Made by a program: the position numbers and the translations under genes. From the IMG/VR virus record IMGVR_UViG_3300046653_000062: DNA of 20,000 nt, one strand, 5' to 3'. Below are positions 15,826 through 20,000 of this stretch, piece by piece; the stretch's first letter is position 1; the number at the start of each line of letters is the position of its first letter. The notes below the pieces were generated by a model. That model had not been told where the DNA came from. It did no database searches and saw nothing but the letters and a program-made list of their open reading frames with translations. The stretch is from an uncultured virus (IMG/VR IMGVR_UViG_3300046653_000062) (Duplodnaviria; Heunggongvirae; Uroviricota; Caudoviricetes).

Positions 15826-16311
15826 ATGTTTACAGTAAACACCAACATAGAAACTGGAATTGCTTACGGATACATTGCTGCCAATGCTCTGGACTCTGAG
15901 TTAGTTTATGAACTGATGAGCGAGGGGACGGATGAAACGGCAAACGCCGCGTGGGAAGAATTTGTTTCCGATTTGGCGCGGAAAATTCAGCTCGCAAACG
16001 AAGATTTGGCCGTGACAGACGAGGAAGCGCGGGAGGAAGCGGAGGAAGCCGCAGACAACGACGCGCAATCGTTCTGGGATGGATACGAGGCATGCGAGCC
16101 AACTGTGACAGGGGAAAAAGACGGCGTCAAATATGCCTCATCCTGGCTTGGCGGCGCCTTGAATTTCTTCATTTTCCTGTCGCCTGTGATCACGGATAAA
16201 GCCTGTCTGGCCAGTCCTTGCGTGCCAAATGCGGGGATTCTCGACCGTCTTGAGGGGTATGTGACGGCCTACGATGTGCCGGCTGATTGGCGGCTCAACC
16301 CTGACGATTGA
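15826..16311 (+). CDS. Highly acidic phage hypothetical protein
   Basis: 161 aa, 33 D/E versus 8 K/R by hand count; motifs ETGIAYG, SWLGGA and SPCVPNAG. Confidence 0.82.
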   Translation: MFTVNTNIETGIAYGYIAANALDSELVYELMSEGTDETANAAWEEFVSDLARKIQLANEDLAVTDEEAREEAEEAADNDAQSFWDGYEACEPTVTGEKDGVKYASSWLGGALNFFIFLSPVITDKACLASPCVPNAGILDRLEGYVTAYDVPADWRLNPDD

Positions 16312-16318
16312 AGGGTAG

Positions 16319-16342
16319 GGGAGGCTGTTTAAACAGCCTCCC
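16319..16342. repeat. Perfect 24-bp palindrome, GTTTAAAC family
   Basis: GGGAGGCTGTTTAAACAGCCTCCC. Confidence 0.95.
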
Positions 16343-16383
16343 GTGACGTTCAATCCGAACGGGTGAAACCAACAGAGAACATT

Positions 16384-16598
16384 ATGAAGCTTACAAAAAT
16401 GGAACGCGAGAACGCGAGAACGCGAGAACAAAATTGAAGCGTGGTGAAATCATCCGCGACAGTCTGAAAGCGGCGATGGATCGGGAAGATATCCCGGAGG
16501 ATATCCGCACGGCAGTCCGCACGCTGGCGGTCGAGCTGGATATGGAGATTCTCGGATACCTTTCAAATCTCATAATCTATGGGGGGCGGAAGTCATGA
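16384..16598 (+). pseudogene. 68-aa gene frameshifted by an extra 8-bp repeat unit
   Basis: (GAACGCGA)x3 at 16402-16425 gives a stop at 16437. With two units the frame runs to TGA 16596-16598, overlapping the next ATG. Confidence 0.6.
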
Positions 16599-16894
16599 GC
16601 CGGAAACTGGGAAAGGTCGGTGGGCCGTTCGGCGCGCCTATGGGAAGGCAGGGAAACCCCCAGATAGACCCGGATAACCCCACGAAATGGTATCTCTCAC
16701 GCGTTTATCTGAACCCCCAGGGATACGATTCGGGCGGCGCATATTGGGGAACTGGGCAGCCGCTGTACTGGGCTTTGCAGAGCAATCCGGCGGATGGAGA
16801 AACAGAAGAAGAACTGTTTTTCCGGGCGATAGATCGGGCGGCGGCAAAAGAACACGTCATAAAGCTAAACCCAAATTCTAAATTCTATCGGTAA
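16595..16894 (+). CDS. Phage hypothetical protein
   Basis: 99 aa; motifs GAPMGR and GYDSGGAYWGTGQPLY. Confidence 0.82.
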   Translation: MSRKLGKVGGPFGAPMGRQGNPQIDPDNPTKWYLSRVYLNPQGYDSGGAYWGTGQPLYWALQSNPADGETEEELFFRAIDRAAAKEHVIKLNPNSKFYR

Positions 16895-16898
16895 TAAC

Positions 16899-16954
16899 GG
16901 GCGGCAATTGCCGCCCCTCTCGTAAATCCGCAAACAATCAAGTATGCGGATTTA
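16899..16954. other. Two intergenic inverted repeats
   Basis: GGGCGGCAATTGCCGCCC (16899-16916) and TAAATCCGCA-N12-TGCGGATTTA (16923-16954). Confidence 0.7.
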
Positions 16955-16967
16955 TTAGGGGGATACT

Positions 16968-17420
16968 ATGTCAACAAAGACCACATACGAGCCGACTGCA
17001 AAAGAACTTGAAATGCTCAACTATTACCATGATTTGGTCGGGTTTCGGTGGAAAGCGGCGCTTCTGAAACTGTGGTACGTCGAAAAAATCGGGCCGGTGG
17101 CGTTCGCCCCCCAAATTCGTTCGCTTCGTACGGCCGCCAACGAAGTCTGGCTGCGAAAATTCAGCCTGGAAAATGCGAACAAAAAGGCGACGGCGGAAAA
17201 GCCTCCTGTTGTCGTTACGTTCCAGATCACTTGCGCGGGTGACGCCTTTCTGGACGGTGGGATTTCACAGATTCTTTCGTTGTTCAACGCAGCGTCTAAA
17301 AGACTTTCAGAATTCTCCGATGTGCGTTCTCTTGACGGCCATGAAGGGAAACTTTCTGATCTGAACGGGAATATCTGCGCAACACTTACGGCGAAACTGG
17401 TGGAAAATGAGACTGTTTAA
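16968..17420 (+). CDS. Hypothetical protein, apparently two-domain
   Basis: 150 aa, SD AGGGGG; C-terminal DAF...LSDLNGNIC motif. Confidence 0.78.
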   Translation: MSTKTTYEPTAKELEMLNYYHDLVGFRWKAALLKLWYVEKIGPVAFAPQIRSLRTAANEVWLRKFSLENANKKATAEKPPVVVTFQITCAGDAFLDGGISQILSLFNAASKRLSEFSDVRSLDGHEGKLSDLNGNICATLTAKLVENETV

Positions 17421-17823
17421 ACGCGTTTTGGGTTGGGTGGGTGCGAAAGCACCCACTACAACGCCCACAGAGCCTTCTGTGGGTGAGGAAAATCTGGCGG
17501 CTTCCCCCCATAGGGGGGAAGGCAAAGACCGGCCCCTGATGCTATCAGAGCTTGAGGAAAAGCATATCTGGCAACTGTTCGGTCGGGCGGCCCTGATCGA
17601 GATATGCAAAAAGCCGGAGAGCTTCGGCTTTGACGCCGAACTAGACGGAATTTTTGATTTCTACAACAAGGCGCGGCAGCTTCAGGGGCAGTTCTGGGAT
17701 GCGCTAAAGCTGACTGAAGGCAACCTTGAAGCCGCCACAGACCCGACGTTGCCTGTGTGGCGGACAGCGGCGAAACTCACGGAGCTTGATTGGACGTCAC
17801 GGAAGAGGCGGGAAAATGTCTGA
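17407..17823 (+). CDS. Hypothetical protein
   Basis: 138 aa overlapping both neighbours; the start codon is uncertain. Confidence 0.65.
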   Translation: MRLFKRVLGWVGAKAPTTTPTEPSVGEENLAASPHRGEGKDRPLMLSELEEKHIWQLFGRAALIEICKKPESFGFDAELDGIFDFYNKARQLQGQFWDALKLTEGNLEAATDPTLPVWRTAAKLTELDWTSRKRRENV

Positions 17824-18061
17824 CGAAACCCTGGTTCTGGTCCGTGTCGCGGAGCGCCTGGAAAGCCGGGCGAACTCGATCTGCTGCTGTTTCCGTTCGC
17901 AGACGCCGACCGATGATAGACGGGCCCTGGCGCGATTTGTGGGGCTTCTCCGCCAGCGGGCGGCGGTTCTGCGGAAGTGGCGGCAATTCGCTCTGGATGG
18001 GCGGCCGCTCCCCATAAACTGGAAAGCAGAAGCGGCGGAAGCGGAAAACCTCGCAGAATAA
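17816..18061 (+). CDS. Hypothetical protein (81 aa)
   Basis: ATG 17816 after GAGG overlaps the previous stop; the ORF ends at the terminator. Confidence 0.6.
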   Translation: MSDETLVLVRVAERLESRANSICCCFRSQTPTDDRRALARFVGLLRQRAAVLRKWRQFALDGRPLPINWKAEAAEAENLAE

Positions 18062-18098
18062 AAAACCCCCTGGCTGAAAAGTCAGGGGGTGATTTTTT
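18059..18098. terminator. Bidirectional rho-independent terminator
   Basis: A-tract, stem ACCCCCTGGCT-GAAA-AGTCAGGGGGT, T-tract; located between convergent operons. Confidence 0.85.
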
Positions 18099-18113
18099 GT
18101 CCGTCTTCTGAAG

Positions 18114-18320
18114 TCAAAGGGTCGGGCGGCTTCTGATCGCCTTGGCGGCCTTGGCCAGGGCGTCTCGGGCGTCGAAGTCCATGGACGGGGTAATCTGGGC
18201 GTCGATTTCCTTCGCGCACGCTTCCCGCTCTAGAAGGACGAGTTCAATCGCGGATTCGCCAATCTCGGTCAGAGCGGAGCTGAAACGATCGGCGGCGGCT
18301 TTCTCGTAATCTGCGGTCAA
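18114..18320 (-). CDS. Small phage hypothetical protein
   Basis: 68 aa, EREACAK...AAKAIRSR pattern; the TTG start overlaps the upstream stop. Confidence 0.65.
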   Translation of the reverse strand: MTADYEKAAADRFSSALTEIGESAIELVLLEREACAKEIDAQITPSMDFDARDALAKAAKAIRSRPTL

Positions 18321-19450
18321 ACTCTGATTTCCTGTCGGGCGCGGATCAGCGCGGGCGCATCTGGTTTCGGGTGATCGGCGTATTGCAAAATCCGGACCAT
18401 CCCGGCCGGGGTAACTTCGACATCGCGGAAAATGTAAAAAATGTTTGGGTCCACAAAACCCATCTCCGGGGTGAGAAGAACCGGCGCTGCCGAGTTATCC
18501 TTCGGACGGATGAACTGCTTATCTCCAAGCCAGCCCTTTGCGATAGCGGTCGCGTGCGGCTTCCACCGGCCGGAGCGGGATTTCGACCGGTAAATCCACC
18601 CGCCTTTTCTGAAAAGCCACTCGTTGAACTCATGCTGCGGCTGTTCGAGCTGGTTCGCGGCGTCCCGGAGCGGGATACTTTCTTGAGAACCAAGAAGGGC
18701 GGTCAGAAGGGAAACACCATTCGCGGCCAGGGTCGCAATTCCCTTCGTCGTGTGCAGCTCCTGGGAAAGCCCGATGTTTTGATTCCCGAGGTCCGCGACC
18801 TGCTTCGCGAAGGACAGGCGGGCGGCTTCCGATGCTTCCGCGCGTTCTTCGGCGTCAGCCCAGTTACGGGCGAGCTCGGCTCGACTGAGCGTCTTCGCCG
18901 GTTCCCGGTTCCCATATCCCCCTGTCTTGCGGATCGAAGGGAGGACTTCGCCGGTCACCCATTTGCGGAACCGTTTCGCCGATTCCTTCCGGCTTGTCAT
19001 GATCACGGCGTAAAGGCCGGATTCGTTGACGCATTTGAACCGGCGAACCTGAGACGACCCGTTTAAGCTGGTGTCGATTAAATCGAGGTCAGCTTTTTCA
19101 TCCCCATCGAGACGGGCTGCAACGTCGGAAGGGTTGCCGACCTCCAAAATTACGCAGACGTCAGAAAGGACAAACCACGGAACCCCGTTAACGTCCAGTT
19201 CGTGGCGGACGGCTCGCCCCTCGAACTGGAAATATTTCAAGCTGCCCGCAAAATTGCGTTCAGTCGTTGCCGCGTCGTGAACCTTCTCTAACGGCGGCTG
19301 CGCCGGATCGCCGACATACGCCTGCCCATCCTGGGAAAACTGCACAGGGGATTTCGGCGCTGGGAAACCCGGCCCTGGCTGCGGGTAATTCCACCCCTCA
19401 TCAGGGGCAGGATAAAACGGGGGAATCGGGGGAAATTTCTTGCTGGTCAT
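18317..19450 (-). CDS. Phage antirepressor, BRO-N plus ANT/KilAC domains
   Basis: BRO-N: PWFVLSDVC...VNESGLYAVIMTSRKESAKRFRKWVTGEVLPSIRKTGGY. ANT-like: IPLRDAANQL...FNEWL...GWIYR...VTPAGM. SD GAGGAG. Confidence 0.9.
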   Translation of the reverse strand: MTSKKFPPIPPFYPAPDEGWNYPQPGPGFPAPKSPVQFSQDGQAYVGDPAQPPLEKVHDAATTERNFAGSLKYFQFEGRAVRHELDVNGVPWFVLSDVCVILEVGNPSDVAARLDGDEKADLDLIDTSLNGSSQVRRFKCVNESGLYAVIMTSRKESAKRFRKWVTGEVLPSIRKTGGYGNREPAKTLSRAELARNWADAEERAEASEAARLSFAKQVADLGNQNIGLSQELHTTKGIATLAANGVSLLTALLGSQESIPLRDAANQLEQPQHEFNEWLFRKGGWIYRSKSRSGRWKPHATAIAKGWLGDKQFIRPKDNSAAPVLLTPEMGFVDPNIFYIFRDVEVTPAGMVRILQYADHPKPDAPALIRARQEIRV

Positions 19451-19489
19451 GCGAACAGCTTCTCCTCGCTGTTGTCTCTGGGGAAGGGT

Positions 19490-19545
19490 GGCGCGGGCAA
19501 ACAGTCAGAGAACTCTGTCTTTCGGGGATCAACCTATCCCGCGCC
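19490..19545 (-). ncRNA. Structured RNA/leader upstream of the antirepressor
   Basis: GGCGCGGG...CCCGCGCC outer stem enclosing GGTTGATCCCCGAAA and a GACAG/CTGTT hairpin; it begins just downstream of a promoter. Confidence 0.55.
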
Positions 19546-19550
19546 GGGGT

Positions 19551-19580
19551 CTTATCGCCGAAATCCGGCTCCTGTGTCAA
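19551..19580 (-). promoter_or_regulatory. Putative sigma70 promoter
   Basis: TTGACA (19580-19575), 18 nt, GATAAG (19556-19551). Confidence 0.5.
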
Positions 19581-19762
19581 TCTTCATCTTCAGCCCCCGT
19601 CGATCCGGCCCCGCCGCAACTCGGACAGCTCACATAGCCGCCTCCTGAACAACAAGGGCAGGGCTTCATGCCGTCGTTCTCGGGATGGCCCCAGCCGTCG
19701 CAGCTCGGGCAGCGGACGAGGCCGCCGCCCGCGCACGCCGCGCATATTTTCCGTTTCCCCAT
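19577..19762 (-). CDS. Small DnaJ-type zinc-finger protein
   Basis: 61 aa with four CxxCxGxG motifs; SD GAGGG. Confidence 0.8.
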   Translation of the reverse strand: MGKRKICAACAGGGLVRCPSCDGWGHPENDGMKPCPCCSGGGYVSCPSCGGAGSTGAEDED

Positions 19763-19766
19763 CGCG

Positions 19767-19850
19767 TCAATCCCTCGCCGTCAATGCGAACAGGAAGAAA
19801 ATCGCCGCCAGAAGCAGCGAGACCCCCGGAACTTTGTCAAAACCCAGCAT
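19767..19850 (-). CDS. 27-aa hydrophobic peptide
   Basis: MLGFDKVPGVSLLLAAIFFLFALTARD; SD GAGGA, TGATG coupling. Confidence 0.5.
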   Translation of the reverse strand: MLGFDKVPGVSLLLAAIFFLFALTARD

Positions 19851-19999
19851 CAGTTTTTCCTCGTCTCGATATAGCCGCGCCCATCGCAGACCTGACAATC
19901 CTCGTACCCGTAGCCGCCGCAGGACGGGCATTTCCCGCCGTGGGCGTCCCGGCCGGAGCCTCCCGCGCATCCGCTGCACTGTTGGGTTCCTGAACCTTC
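19850..19999 (-). CDS. Second DnaJ-type zinc-finger protein, 5' end beyond window
   Basis: Hand translation EGSGTQQCSGCAGGSGRDAHGGKCPSCGGYGYEDCQVCDGRGYIETRKN-stop. Confidence 0.75.
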   Translation of the reverse strand, partial: EGSGTQQCSGCAGGSGRDAHGGKCPSCGGYGYEDCQVCDGRGYIETRKN

Positions 20000-20000
20000 A

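Noticed and set aside
12695..17424. CRISPR array or integron attC array
   Set aside because: Spacing is irregular (hundreds of bp to kb), the arms are not identical, the core does not fit GTTRRRY/RYYYAAC boxes, and no cas or intI gene is visible.
18346..19280. Alternative ORFs overlapping the antirepressor
   Set aside because: Shadow frames of a well-supported BRO/ANT gene.
2592..19665. KOPS (GGGNAGGG) polarity toward dif
   Set aside because: Few copies, and those nearest the site point away from it; no support for FtsK-directed polarity.

Overview
Segment of a tailed dsDNA phage (or prophage) genome, probably from an alphaproteobacterial host, judging by a Rhizobiales-type dif site and an rrn-type boxA. 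Positions 1-12.4 kb hold a leftward head-morphogenesis operon: terS, terL split by a 359-aa Pro-initiated LAGLIDADG intein, portal, HAD phosphatase, GroES-like protein, scaffold, capsid-associated protein and the start of the major capsid gene. Positions 12.4-14.2 kb are an AT-richer control region with a candidate packaging/terminus zone (IHF boxes), a dif-like XerCD site, a SprT-like protease gene and twin divergent promoters. Positions 14.2-18.1 kb are a rightward early-type operon of small hypothetical genes separated by hairpins. Positions 18.1-20 kb are a leftward unit with a BRO-N/ANT antirepressor and small DnaJ-type zinc fingers. The most unusual signals are: nine copies of a 12-bp (GC/CT)GTTTAAAC(GC/AG) motif concentrated around the dif site; a triplicated covarying RNA motif in the capsid-gene leader; an atypical class-3-like intein; a structured RNA ahead of the antirepressor; and an 8-bp repeat expansion that frameshifts a small gene. 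Family assignments come from motif recognition by eye; no database search was run.
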